IMG/VR virus record: IMGVR_UViG_3300048573_000051
Span: 15,996-79,995 of that record
DNA: 64,000 nt
Source: a virus
Lineage: Duplodnaviria > Heunggongvirae > Uroviricota > Caudoviricetes
Reading direction: 5' to 3' (one strand)
Part shown: positions 9,006 through 18,976 of the stretch, piece after piece
Layout: the number at the start of each line of letters is the position of its first letter
Position numbering within the stretch: position 1 is the first letter of the stretch
Notes under the pieces: model-generated
The model's database searches: none
The model's input: only the letters and a program-made list of their open reading frames with translations
What the model was told of the DNA's origin: nothing
Position numbers and translations under genes: made by a program

Positions 9006-9551
9006 ATGCAGATTACATGCGATACTTCAAAACTAGAACAAAGCCTTAAGAAGTTCCATGAAGAAGCTGTGCGTAAGATGGAAGGTATGGTTCAAATCTT
9101 TTCTTATAAGACAACTTTTGAAGCTATTGAAAATACACCATATGGTGATGATAAAGAATACGCTGCGCTTTATAATAACAATATTCGTAAGCGGGTTCTA
9201 AAAAATGCAAAAGCGGGTATGGCTAAAGGCGGTTGGATTATTGAGATGAACAAACCTTACACAAGTTGGTGGTTCATGCAAGCTGACAATGAAGCTGCAC
9301 TTAATGTAAAACAATCTGCAGACTATCGCTCTGAGAATTATAAACTTGGTGACACCGTTTACATTACTAACAATGTACCTTATGTATCAGGTGATGGTTG
9401 GCCTTACGATACTTATAAAAATGGTTCTCCTGTTAGATCACTTGAAGGTGGTGCATCTTCACAAGCACCTTACGGCATTATGGAACCAACATTACATGCT
9501 ATCTATGGTATTTATAGAGCAGAATTAAAATCATACTATGAGGCAAGCTAA
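9006..9551 (+). CDS. putative head-tail joining / tail completion protein
   Basis: 181-aa ORF; position only. Confidence 0.3.
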   Translation: MQITCDTSKLEQSLKKFHEEAVRKMEGMVQIFSYKTTFEAIENTPYGDDKEYAALYNNNIRKRVLKNAKAGMAKGGWIIEMNKPYTSWWFMQADNEAALNVKQSADYRSENYKLGDTVYITNNVPYVSGDGWPYDTYKNGSPVRSLEGGASSQAPYGIMEPTLHAIYGIYRAELKSYYEAS

Positions 9552-9958
9552 TGGCAATTATAGAAATTAAAAGAGCAGCCGAACGTAAACTAAACGCATT
9601 AACTCCTACTATTCCAACAGCTTGGGAAGGTATAAGTTTTGAACCTCCAAATGGTTTATACCAACGAGTTCAATTTACGATTCAAACTCCCGATGATCCT
9701 GTGCTTGGTACAGGTTTTCACAGAGAGCGCATGACACTGCAAGTATTTGTTGTTGGTGCTGCAAACAAAGGAACTTCTGAAGTAATTAACCGTGCAGAAT
9801 TAATCAGAGCGCATTTCGCCAAAGGTTTAGTACTGCAAGAAGGTAACGTAAAGATTCATGTGTTAAGAACACCACAAATTGCTGGTAACACTGTTGTATC
9901 TGAAAGAGTAATCTGTCCAGTTCTAATTGAATTAGTAGCTGAAGTTTATTCTTATTGA
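9551..9958 (+). CDS. putative tail completion / tail terminator protein
   Basis: 135-aa ORF directly upstream of the major tail protein. Confidence 0.3.
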   Translation: MAIIEIKRAAERKLNALTPTIPTAWEGISFEPPNGLYQRVQFTIQTPDDPVLGTGFHRERMTLQVFVVGAANKGTSEVINRAELIRAHFAKGLVLQEGNVKIHVLRTPQIAGNTVVSERVICPVLIELVAEVYSY

Positions 9959-10023
9959 ATCATGGTTGCTGAACCTAAATCAGTACATTTGCAAATGTGA
10001 TAATTTAAATTAAGGAAAATAAT

Positions 10024-11229
10024 ATGACAATTTCTAAAGGTACAGCTAAACAAGTTGCTTACAAAAAAGAATCTACCTTTGGTACTTTAGCAGGTAATAC
10101 ATCTGGTAAACTACTCCGCCGAGTTACAGCTAACTTTAACCTAATGAAAGAATCTTACGAGTCTAATGAAATTCGTGTAGATCGTCAAGTAGCTGACTTT
10201 CGCCACGGTGTTCGCTCTGCTGAAGGTTCATTAAACGGTGAACTATCTGCTGCATCATATGCTGATTTCATGGGTTCTATCGTTGGTAAAGATTTCGCAT
10301 CTGTTACTCTAGGCGCTGCTGCACAAGTTACCGTAACTATTACTGGTTCTACTTACACTCTAGTTCGTGCAACTGGATCATGGTTAACTGATGGTGTTAA
10401 AGTTGGTATGGTTGTACGAGCCTCTGGTTTGACTGCTACTGCTGATAATGCAAAGAACCTACTCGTTGCTTCACTAAGCGCAACAAACGCTGTTGTAGTG
10501 CCTTTAAACGGTTCTACAATGATTGCTCAAGCTGTTGCTTCAAGCGTAACTTTGACAGCTCCCGGTAAGCAATCATTTGTTCCTGCAACTGGTCACACCG
10601 ATGATTCCTACACTGTAGAAGAGTTTTATTCTGACATTGCGCAGTCTGAAGTTTACACAGGTATGAAGGTCAACAGTGTAGCTGTGCAATTACCTGCAAC
10701 TGGTTTAACTACCGTAGATGTTGGTTTTGCTGGTAAAGACCTAACACAAACTGGCACTACTCAGTATTTCACTTCCCCTGCTGCTCAAGGTACTACTGGT
10801 ATTTTCGCTGCTGTTAACGGTGTAATGCTTGTAGGTGGCGCTCCTGTCGCTCTAGTGACTTCCGCTGACTTTTCAGTTGAACGTGCTACCGAAAACGCTA
10901 CAGTTGTTGGTTCTAACTCTATTGCCGATATTTTCACTGGTCGTATCCGTGTAACTGGTAACTTGAGTGTTTACTTCCAAGATGCAGCTTTCCGTGATTA
11001 CTTTGACGATGAAACACCTGTATCAATTGTACTAACTGTAAATGCAGACAGTACCGCAACTTCTGATTTCGTAGCTTTTGCACTACCAAAAGTAAAACTA
11101 GGTAGCTTCACCAAAGATGATGGTGAACTTGGTTTGATTGCTTCTGCAAGTTTCCAAGCCCTATTGAACTCAGATACATCTGCTGGTCTACCAGCTACTA
11201 CAATTCAAATTCAAGACTCTGCTGCTTAA
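10024..11229 (+). CDS. major tail (tube) protein
   Basis: 401 aa, Thr/Ser/Val-rich beta-type protein with strong RBS AAGGAAAATAAT; immediately precedes the chaperone and tape-measure genes and is followed by a strong terminator. Confidence 0.55.
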   Translation: MTISKGTAKQVAYKKESTFGTLAGNTSGKLLRRVTANFNLMKESYESNEIRVDRQVADFRHGVRSAEGSLNGELSAASYADFMGSIVGKDFASVTLGAAAQVTVTITGSTYTLVRATGSWLTDGVKVGMVVRASGLTATADNAKNLLVASLSATNAVVVPLNGSTMIAQAVASSVTLTAPGKQSFVPATGHTDDSYTVEEFYSDIAQSEVYTGMKVNSVAVQLPATGLTTVDVGFAGKDLTQTGTTQYFTSPAAQGTTGIFAAVNGVMLVGGAPVALVTSADFSVERATENATVVGSNSIADIFTGRIRVTGNLSVYFQDAAFRDYFDDETPVSIVLTVNADSTATSDFVAFALPKVKLGSFTKDDGELGLIASASFQALLNSDTSAGLPATTIQIQDSAA

Positions 11230-11259
11230 TTAGTTAACCCTTAGTGGATATTGTGATAA

Positions 11260-11290
11260 ACCCCTTGGTCAAAAGCCGAGGGGTTTTTCT
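11260..11290 (+). terminator. rho-independent terminator after the major tail protein
   Basis: CCCCTTGG-tcaaaag-CCGAGGGG hairpin then TTTTTC. Confidence 0.6.
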
Positions 11291-11328
11291 TTATTTGTAC
11301 CTACCCTTATTTCATTTGCTTACACCTC

Positions 11329-11357
11329 TTGATTTATCTTGAATTTTATGTTATAAT
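11329..11357 (+). promoter_or_regulatory. sigma70-like promoter TTGATT-17-TGTTATAAT
   Basis: TTGATT at 11329-11334, TATAAT at 11352-11357 preceded by TG. Confidence 0.5.
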
Positions 11358-11392
11358 CAGTACTTCATTAACAATAACAGAAAGGAACTATT

Positions 11393-11800
11393 ATGATTTT
11401 TGATCTAGCAAAACATAATTACACAGAGATTGCTGAAGTAGGCTACAAGTTTGAGCTAAAACTTCCCGGTACTGGTGAAGGTACTGGAGTATTTATTACA
11501 GTACGTGGCGATCAATCTAAAACAGTAAAAGCTTTCGCTCGTAAAAAATATAGCGAATTCAAACTCCGTGAGCAACAAGCTAAACGTAGAGGTAAAGATG
11601 TTGAAGACATGACACTGGAAGAAGCAGAAGAGCTAGGTATTGAGTCTGCTGTTGTTCGTGTTATCTCTTGGGAAAACATTACAGAGGGTGGTAAGGAAAT
11701 CCCGTTCACAAAAGAAAACGCAGAGCGTATCTTTAAAGAGTATTCTTGGATTAAAGAGGCAGTGATGGAGGAAGCGGGTCAACTGCTCAATTTTCGATAA
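11393..11800 (+). CDS. tail assembly chaperone (gpG analogue)
   Basis: 135-aa acidic protein between the major tail protein and the tape measure; followed by an overlapping start-codon-less ORF. Confidence 0.55.
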   Translation: MIFDLAKHNYTEIAEVGYKFELKLPGTGEGTGVFITVRGDQSKTVKAFARKKYSEFKLREQQAKRRGKDVEDMTLEEAEELGIESAVVRVISWENITEGGKEIPFTKENAERIFKEYSWIKEAVMEEAGQLLNFR

Positions 11801-12185
11801 TCAAGAAATCGAACAAACTGTAGCTTTTGCAAAGCAAGAATTTGGTTTAGGTAGGAAGTCAAAAGACGGTTCTACCTTACGAGATCAGCTAAACTCTGTA
11901 TGGAGACAAACAGGTAAAAAACCTAAAGAACTTGATGAACTACTTGAGTTACCTCAAGATTGTCTGTCAGTTTGGAAGTGGTTTATTGACCTTCACAATG
12001 CAAGAGGTTCTAATGGTTTTGGAATCAACCCGATCACATATACTGAGATTAAATCATACTTTGATTTGATTGATTTGCAACCCGAAGAATGGGAAGTGAC
12101 GTTGATTAAACTGCTGGACAATGAAGCATTAACAGCGTATGCAAAAGAAGCAGAACTAGAGCGAAAGAAAGCCTCTAAGAAATAA
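11766..12185 (+). CDS. frameshift extension of the tail assembly chaperone (gpGT analogue), +1 frame, no start codon
   Basis: A 140-codon open frame from 11766 to TAA at 12183-12185 contains no ATG, GTG or TTG start and overlaps the end of 11393..11800 in the +1 frame; candidate slip at UUU-CGA-UAA (11792-11800). Confidence 0.45.
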   Translation, partial: WRKRVNCSIFDNQEIEQTVAFAKQEFGLGRKSKDGSTLRDQLNSVWRQTGKKPKELDELLELPQDCLSVWKWFIDLHNARGSNGFGINPITYTEIKSYFDLIDLQPEEWEVTLIKLLDNEALTAYAKEAELERKKASKK

Positions 12186-12190
12186 TAGTT

Positions 12191-12220
12191 GCCCTCTAAC
12201 GAGGGCTTCTATATTTGTAT
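12191..12220 (+). terminator. stem-loop with U-tract between chaperone and tape measure (attenuator-like)
   Basis: GCCCTC-taac-GAGGGC followed by TTCTATATTT. Confidence 0.35.
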
Positions 12221-12270
12221 ATCTGCATGGTATATAAATATAGAATTCCGTTATAACAGGAGAAAGTGCT

Positions 12271-15200
12271 ATGGATTTAGCCGAACTTAAATTTGTCGTT
12301 TTAACTGACGACTTAGAAAAAGCAGCAACAAGAATTAAAGAGTTAGGAACAGAGGTTTCCAAACTAAACAAACCAATGCAGGACTTGACAAAAGAATCTG
12401 CAAAGAGTAATAAAGAATTATCCAAAGCTGAAGAAGCCGCTGCTAAAGCTGCACTTGCTCAACTCAAGTTAGAACAGGCTCAAACAAAGAGTGCAGATTC
12501 TACAGGTAAATCTACAAGTGTACTAGAGCGTCAGACAATGATTCTCGGCTACATGGCAACTGGTCTATCAAAAGGTCAAGCATCCTACATGGCTACAGCT
12601 AAGGCTGCTGGTGCATTAGATGAAGAACTCGGGCAGTTAGAGACAACATTAAAAACTCAACGAAGTTTAATTGGTGGTGATGCGTTTGATAAAAGCATTG
12701 GTTTGATGCAAAAGCTTAGTAACGAAACTAAGGTTACTTCAGAAGTAAATAAACTATTCAATCAAAGTCTCGGTTTAACTGAAAAACAAATGATCGAACT
12801 TGCTCGTGAAAAAGAGCGATTAATTGCTTTATATAACCACGAGAAAAGAAGCTTAGATGGGTTAGATGCTGAGTACCAACAGATCATTAACAAGAGCGTA
12901 GAACTTAATCGTTTAAACGATGCTCGTACTAATAGTATGCGTCAGCAAGTTAAAGCGCAGAATGATGCCACTAAAGCTAATAATTATATTTCATCCGAAA
13001 TGGAACGACTCAATCGTTTAACAGAATCTAATGGTACAATTACTAGTGCAACAAATAATAAGCAAATCAAATTTGAACAGGCTTTAAAAGCATCCGGTAA
13101 AACTGCAAAAGAACAAGCCGATTTATTAAAATTATTTAATGAACAGATGTTATCTACGCAAAAAGCCGCTGGTAATCGTCAAGTTGACTATCTATCTCGG
13201 GCATTAGGTCCACAGATTACTGATATCGGTGTTGGTTTAGCTACTGGTCAAGCACCGTTAACTATCCTACTCCAACAAGGTGGTCAGTTACGAGATCAAT
13301 TTGCTCTGGCTGGTGTAGCTGGTGCAGACATGGGTAAAATGCTGGTTCAAGCTAGTAAGGCAATGGTTGTTAGTGTTAAAGATATTGGACTTGCTGTTGG
13401 TCAACTAGTTACTGGTGCGATTACTGGAACAGGTAAAGCTATTGCCGATAGTATTATCGCCCCATTTACCAGAATGTCGGAAGCTAAGGCTGCGTTAAAA
13501 CAGTTAGATGATGGTTTAATTTCAAGCTTACGTTATGCAAGATTAATGGAAGTTGCTAATGGTAGAATGATTCAATCTTTCATTTCACTTAGTAAGGTTG
13601 CAGGTACGGTTGCTGTAGTAGGTCTTGTAATGCTCAGTAAAGGTTTATCCGATGTAATCAAAGAACAAGACGCATTGGCTACACAATTAGTACTAACTGG
13701 TGCTTCATTAGGTGTTAATACAACTGCAGCAATCTCCTACGCAAATTCTTTAAATTCTGTAGGTGTCACAACAGCTTCAGCCTTAAAGGTCATTCAAGCA
13801 ATGGCAAAAGAAGGTGGCTTCTTAGCTGGTGAGATTAACACGATTGTTGTTGCAGCTAATAACTTGAAATTTGCTGGCGTTGCAATTGAAGACACCGTTA
13901 AGCAATTTGCTAAATTAAAAGAGAAACCAGTTGAAGCACTACTTGAGATTGCAAGAGCAACTGGAATGGTAGCTCCTGAGATTACAAAATTAGTTTACGA
14001 ACTTACACAACAAGGTAAAACAAGTGAAGCGGCTGCTGTTGCAATGAAAGCTTATGCTGATGTAACTATCCAACAAAAAGATAGGTTAAAATCTGAACTT
14101 AGTGGTTTTGCAGTTTTTATTAAAAGTTTATCATCTAATGTTGGTGAATTCTTTGATGATGTTTTTAGAAGCCTGTGGAGAAAAGCGTCCCCAACTGAAG
14201 CTATTAAAAAAGAAATAGCAGATGTTGAAAATACCATTAAAATGGGTACTGGTGCTTCAGATACAACTAAAGCTTCAAATAATGCTAAACTACTCGCACT
14301 TAAAGAGCAATTAAAGTTGACACAACAAGCTAGTGATGCAGATCAAACCAGACTTTCAGATCAAGCTAGAAGTGCAAAAGCTTACGAAGGTTTTATTAAA
14401 GATTCAGAGCAGTTTGCTTCGAACGAAATGAAACGTAAGAAAGAACTCGCAGAAGCTGAAACTAAGTATCAAGGTCTAGTTAAGAGTGGTCAAATTTCAC
14501 AAGTTCAATATGAGCAGTTAATTGCAAATATTCAAGATAAATATAAAACACCTAAAACAGATAGTCAGAAAGAATCTGATAAACTTTTCAAATCTTATCT
14601 TACAGATTTAGCGAAAATTTCTAACTTAACTAATGGTGCTATTAAAGAACAAGAGAATTATACTAAAGCTCAGAAGTTAGCTTTAGATATTTTCGCTAGT
14701 CCTGCGTTTAAAAAGTATCCTGAACAACAGCGAATTGAAATTGCAAATGCTATTGAACGTGCTCACGCTGAAGAACTAATCGCTAATGAATTAGAACGTC
14801 AACAGAAAATCAACGAACAAGTGGTCAAAACCAGAAACGAGTTGGTTGAAGCTGGTGCTAAACAATTGGACGCTTCTAAACAAACAACTCAAGCTTTAAT
14901 CGATGAATCTGCTCTATACGACTATAAGTTAACATTAGTAGGTAAAGAAGAAAAGGAAGCTGAGAAGTTACTTGCACTAAAGAAGATTCAAATTGAATAC
15001 GAAAAAGAGATTGCTCGTATCAAATCTTTGAACTTACTTTCAGGTACAAAAGAAGATTTAGAATTAGAAGCGTATAAGCAGTTCATCTTAAAGCGTGAAA
15101 ACCTAGATAAAGATGCTAACCTTAAAGCTGCACTAGATTTTCAGAAACAATTTGATAATCTCAAAACAGGTATCTCTGATAGTATTGTAACTGCTTTATT

Positions 15201-16701
15201 TGAAGGTGGTAAATCAGGTAGTAAAAAACTTCGTGATGTCTTAGTTGCTGAGTTGAAGAAACCTGTCACTGTTATCGTAAATGCCCTTGTCAACGCTGCA
15301 CTAGGTGGTTCATCTGGTGGAGGTGGTTCAGGTTCTTCACTGGTTGGTAATTTCATCAGTAATGCAGCAAGTAAATCCTTGGGTAACATTACAATTGGTG
15401 GTAGTACACTAGCAGCAGCAGGAGAATCTTTTGCTACAGGTTTTATGACTACCGTTGGTGGTGGTTCTGTCGAAGCAGCCTCTGCCGCCTACAGTGCAGC
15501 AGGAATGCAAGGTGTAAGTACAGGTTTATCTGCAGGTGCTGCTGTAGCCAGTGCTATCCCTTATGTAGCTGGTGCTTTACTGGTGGCAAATGCTCTTGGT
15601 CTATTTAAAACTACAAAACAAGTTGGTAGTGGTATTGAAGGTACGTTAGGTTCGGGTGACATTAACAGTTACACTACAATGCGTAAATCTGGTAGTCTCT
15701 TCAGTGGACCAAAATACTGGAGAGAAAACCGTGGTGAGTTCTCTGGTTCTGATGCACTACAAGCTACTTTTGCTGATCTAAAGAATTCAACTAGTATGAT
15801 GGCAGAAGCCATTGGTAAATCTTCAGATGACATTGCAGGTTACACTAAGAAAATTGAAATTAGTTTTGATGGTTTAACTAACGAACAGATTCAAGATAAG
15901 ATTGCTACGACTTTTAAAGATGTAGGTAATGAACTTGCTGCATTGGTACTAGGTGCTGGTGCTACTGCTGAACAGTTGAGTTCTTTATACAATAACGTAA
16001 TGCAACAACGTTATGATCTAGAGGCTCAACTACTTGAGTTACAAGGTGATACTGTTGCACTCCGTGAAAGAGAACGCGCTAAAATCTATGATACCAATAA
16101 AGCGTTGTACGATCAGATCAATGCATTAAAAGACAAGCAAGAAGCTGATGCTGCTGCTGCTGAATCATTGCAGAAACTAACTGCTGCGACTACTACAATC
16201 GTTGATGAAATTAACCGTCTACGTGGTGTTAATACATCTAGTACTGCATTGGAATCTCAATTTGCTATTCTAACTGCACAAGCTCGGTCTGGTGACTTAA
16301 CTGCATTAGCTCAACTACCTGAAGTTACTAAAGGTCTTGAACAAATTGCAGCTTCTAGTGCAGTTAATGCAACTGATATTATCGTTGCCCGTGCAAGACT
16401 AGCGCAATCGTTGCAAGACACATTAGGTTATGTCGGTGCTAACGGTCTGTTAAGTTCTTCAGCTACAACCTCTGTTCCTACGGTATCTTCTGTATCAGCA
16501 ACTGGTGCGCCAACTTCTGTAAATTCATCCTCTAGTAATCAAGAGTTATTATCTGCGTTGGTAACTGAAGTTCAAGGTCTACGTGCTGAAGTTAGAGCCG
16601 ATGTTTCACACAACGCTAAAACAGCTAAGATTCTAGAACGTGCTAACCAAGATGGTGAAACACTTAGTGTATCAGCTACTATTGATGGAGGTGTCGTTTG
16701 A
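12271..16701 (+). CDS. tail tape measure protein
   Basis: 1476 aa, long alpha-helical/coiled-coil regions, Gly-rich putative membrane-interacting segment (residues about 1010-1100), canonical position after the chaperone pair. Confidence 0.85.
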   Translation: MDLAELKFVVLTDDLEKAATRIKELGTEVSKLNKPMQDLTKESAKSNKELSKAEEAAAKAALAQLKLEQAQTKSADSTGKSTSVLERQTMILGYMATGLSKGQASYMATAKAAGALDEELGQLETTLKTQRSLIGGDAFDKSIGLMQKLSNETKVTSEVNKLFNQSLGLTEKQMIELAREKERLIALYNHEKRSLDGLDAEYQQIINKSVELNRLNDARTNSMRQQVKAQNDATKANNYISSEMERLNRLTESNGTITSATNNKQIKFEQALKASGKTAKEQADLLKLFNEQMLSTQKAAGNRQVDYLSRALGPQITDIGVGLATGQAPLTILLQQGGQLRDQFALAGVAGADMGKMLVQASKAMVVSVKDIGLAVGQLVTGAITGTGKAIADSIIAPFTRMSEAKAALKQLDDGLISSLRYARLMEVANGRMIQSFISLSKVAGTVAVVGLVMLSKGLSDVIKEQDALATQLVLTGASLGVNTTAAISYANSLNSVGVTTASALKVIQAMAKEGGFLAGEINTIVVAANNLKFAGVAIEDTVKQFAKLKEKPVEALLEIARATGMVAPEITKLVYELTQQGKTSEAAAVAMKAYADVTIQQKDRLKSELSGFAVFIKSLSSNVGEFFDDVFRSLWRKASPTEAIKKEIADVENTIKMGTGASDTTKASNNAKLLALKEQLKLTQQASDADQTRLSDQARSAKAYEGFIKDSEQFASNEMKRKKELAEAETKYQGLVKSGQISQVQYEQLIANIQDKYKTPKTDSQKESDKLFKSYLTDLAKISNLTNGAIKEQENYTKAQKLALDIFASPAFKKYPEQQRIEIANAIERAHAEELIANELERQQKINEQVVKTRNELVEAGAKQLDASKQTTQALIDESALYDYKLTLVGKEEKEAEKLLALKKIQIEYEKEIARIKSLNLLSGTKEDLELEAYKQFILKRENLDKDANLKAALDFQKQFDNLKTGISDSIVTALFEGGKSGSKKLRDVLVAELKKPVTVIVNALVNAALGGSSGGGGSGSSLVGNFISNAASKSLGNITIGGSTLAAAGESFATGFMTTVGGGSVEAASAAYSAAGMQGVSTGLSAGAAVASAIPYVAGALLVANALGLFKTTKQVGSGIEGTLGSGDINSYTTMRKSGSLFSGPKYWRENRGEFSGSDALQATFADLKNSTSMMAEAIGKSSDDIAGYTKKIEISFDGLTNEQIQDKIATTFKDVGNELAALVLGAGATAEQLSSLYNNVMQQRYDLEAQLLELQGDTVALRERERAKIYDTNKALYDQINALKDKQEADAAAAESLQKLTAATTTIVDEINRLRGVNTSSTALESQFAILTAQARSGDLTALAQLPEVTKGLEQIAASSAVNATDIIVARARLAQSLQDTLGYVGANGLLSSSATTSVPTVSSVSATGAPTSVNSSSSNQELLSALVTEVQGLRAEVRADVSHNAKTAKILERANQDGETLSVSATIDGGVV

Positions 16702-17267
16702 CAACAACGATTCAATTAAAACGAGGTACTAGAGCTAAGATAGATGCTCTAGCTTCTACAGGGGGTTTGCTAGAAGGTGAACCCCTTTTTATTACCGATG
16801 AAAATAGATTCGCTGTAGCCACTTCTACGACTGCTTACAGAGCTAAAACTCTAGGTGGTGAATGGGCTGCTAAGATCGGTCAAACTAGTTGGATATCTGA
16901 TTATAAATTTAGATATAATAGTGGAAAAGGAAATGGTTCGAGTTTAGATTGGGTATCATCTACCGATGGTATTTATGTTCTAAAGTCTGGATTATATTTA
17001 TGCAGAGCTACTGCTCGTTCTATTGGTACTGATATGTATATTGGTATAGGTATAAACGGATCAAGAGATGCTTTGGAGAATAGAACAACTGGTGCATGGG
17101 AACATGATCATTCTGGTTATAATAATAAATTTAGCGAATCGTCTTACTGGGGTTATCTAAATGCTGGAGAATTAATCACTGCTGGTACTCCTTCTCCTCT
17201 GCAATCTTATGTACTTTATTCGGCTGCTGGTTACGCAGGTTGTCTACGTATCATGAGGATCGACTGA
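16698..17267 (+). CDS. putative distal tail protein
   Basis: 189-aa ORF immediately after the tape measure; overlapping stop and start. Confidence 0.4.
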   Translation: MTTTIQLKRGTRAKIDALASTGGLLEGEPLFITDENRFAVATSTTAYRAKTLGGEWAAKIGQTSWISDYKFRYNSGKGNGSSLDWVSSTDGIYVLKSGLYLCRATARSIGTDMYIGIGINGSRDALENRTTGAWEHDHSGYNNKFSESSYWGYLNAGELITAGTPSPLQSYVLYSAAGYAGCLRIMRID

Positions 17268-17599
17268 TGCCTAAATATTATTTAAAAGATAAAGAGCGTT
17301 TTGCTATTCCTAATGTAGATATATTAGATAATTTCATTGCTATTTCAGATATTGAATATTCTGCACTAATTAAAGGTGTTGAACAAGGTAATAGAGTCGA
17401 GTGCATTGATGATGTACTAGTTCTTATACCAAATGAAATTCCAGATAATTCAGCAATTGAATATCAATCGTTACGTGCTCAAGAATATCCTCCTATTACT
17501 GAATACATAGATGGTGTAGTAAAAGGCGATCAAAATCAAATTGATGAATACATCAGAAAATGCTCAGAAATAAAAGCTAAGTATCCGAAACCAGTATAA
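17240..17599 (+). CDS. hypothetical tail protein
   Basis: 119-aa ORF; position only. Confidence 0.3.
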   Translation: MSTYHEDRLMPKYYLKDKERFAIPNVDILDNFIAISDIEYSALIKGVEQGNRVECIDDVLVLIPNEIPDNSAIEYQSLRAQEYPPITEYIDGVVKGDQNQIDEYIRKCSEIKAKYPKPV

Positions 17600-17611
17600 G
17601 AAAGATAAATT

Positions 17612-18964
17612 ATGAATTTAGTAAAACCAGAAACAATTAATAGCACTGGTTCTATTACTAGGAGTACGATAGGTACTTATTTCGATAGTACAGGCACAAT
17701 GCAAACTGCAGCAATTAATGCTGTTCGTATTGACTATGAACCCATCACAAGGGAGTTTAGAGGTGTATTAGTTGAAGCAGCTAGTACAAACATTCTCTTA
17801 AATTCAACTACTCTTGTTACGCAAAGTGCTACCGTAACAGCATCACAATATACTTTATCTTTCTATGGTACAGGTACTGTGGTTTTATCTGGTGTTCACT
17901 CTACTACCGTTATTGGTACAGGTACTTATCCGGTAAGAACAAGCTATACGTTTACACCAACAGCAGGAAGTTTAACGTTAACCGTAACAGGCACTGTTCA
18001 AAAAGCACAATTAGAGTTAGGTTCTAATGCTACAAGCTGGATTTCAACCAACGGCTCTCCTGCAACTAGAGCAGCAGACGTTATTACAGGCTCTGGTTTA
18101 GTTTACACTACGCTAACTGAAAGTAATCCAACATGGTCTAGTGCAACTACTTATGCATTAGGTGCAAAAGTTGTATATGGTGCTTATGGAACTTACGAAA
18201 GTCTACAAGCTGGTAACTTAAATCATACACCACCGATTGTATCGCCATACACTGACGCTTATTGGGTCCGTACAGGGCCAACAAATAAGATGGCAATGTT
18301 TGATGAACAAATCAGTAGCGTATCATCTGCTAACTCAGATATCATATTTGCAATTACATCTAGTTCAGTGGATACTGTATCACTTCTAAATATAGTTGCA
18401 GATAGAACTTCTATTTCAGTTACAGACGTTAGCACACATCAGCCCGTATATCACAACTCACAGCAATTATCTGGTGAGGAATCATTAGATTGGTTTAGTT
18501 ACTTCTTCTACGATGAAGACACTCTACGAACTAGTAGTTTATACCTAGATGTTCCGAAGGTATCTAATGGTTTGATTTCTATTAAAGTCTCTGGTCTAGG
18601 TACACTATCAGTTGGTACATTTATTTCAGGACAGTTAAAATATTTAGGTACTACACAGTATGGCGTGAACTCAGGGATTATTGATTACTCTAGAAAAGAC
18701 GTAGATGAGTTTGGTAATACCAGCTTTGTAAAAAGAAACTTCAGCAAACGCATGAATGCTACGATATCTCTAACAAATGCTAACTTAAATAAAGTTCAAC
18801 GTATTTTATATCAGTTTAGGGCTACACCTGTTCTTTGGCTTGCAAGTACCGATGTTCAATTTGAAGAGCCGCTAATCATCTACGGGTTTTATAAGGATTT
18901 CTCAACAGAGATTTCCTATCCAATGCACTCTATCTGTAATTTGCAGATCGAAGGTTTAATTTAA
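17612..18964 (+). CDS. putative tail tip / baseplate protein
   Basis: 450 aa, Thr/Ser-rich; position after the distal tail protein. Confidence 0.4.
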   Translation: MNLVKPETINSTGSITRSTIGTYFDSTGTMQTAAINAVRIDYEPITREFRGVLVEAASTNILLNSTTLVTQSATVTASQYTLSFYGTGTVVLSGVHSTTVIGTGTYPVRTSYTFTPTAGSLTLTVTGTVQKAQLELGSNATSWISTNGSPATRAADVITGSGLVYTTLTESNPTWSSATTYALGAKVVYGAYGTYESLQAGNLNHTPPIVSPYTDAYWVRTGPTNKMAMFDEQISSVSSANSDIIFAITSSSVDTVSLLNIVADRTSISVTDVSTHQPVYHNSQQLSGEESLDWFSYFFYDEDTLRTSSLYLDVPKVSNGLISIKVSGLGTLSVGTFISGQLKYLGTTQYGVNSGIIDYSRKDVDEFGNTSFVKRNFSKRMNATISLTNANLNKVQRILYQFRATPVLWLASTDVQFEEPLIIYGFYKDFSTEISYPMHSICNLQIEGLI

Positions 18965-18976
18965 TAAGGAATAAGA

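Noticed and set aside
12156-12425. Minus-strand 89-aa ORF overlapping the tape-measure start
   Set aside because: It is antisense to a strongly supported gene and to the terminator/promoter region, and has no RBS; a frame-noise ORF.
14052-15389. Minus-strand ORFs 14052..14237 and 15141..15389 inside the tape measure gene
   Set aside because: They are antisense within a 4.4-kb gene with a continuous coding signal. The 15141 ORF merely mirrors the Gly-rich stretch.
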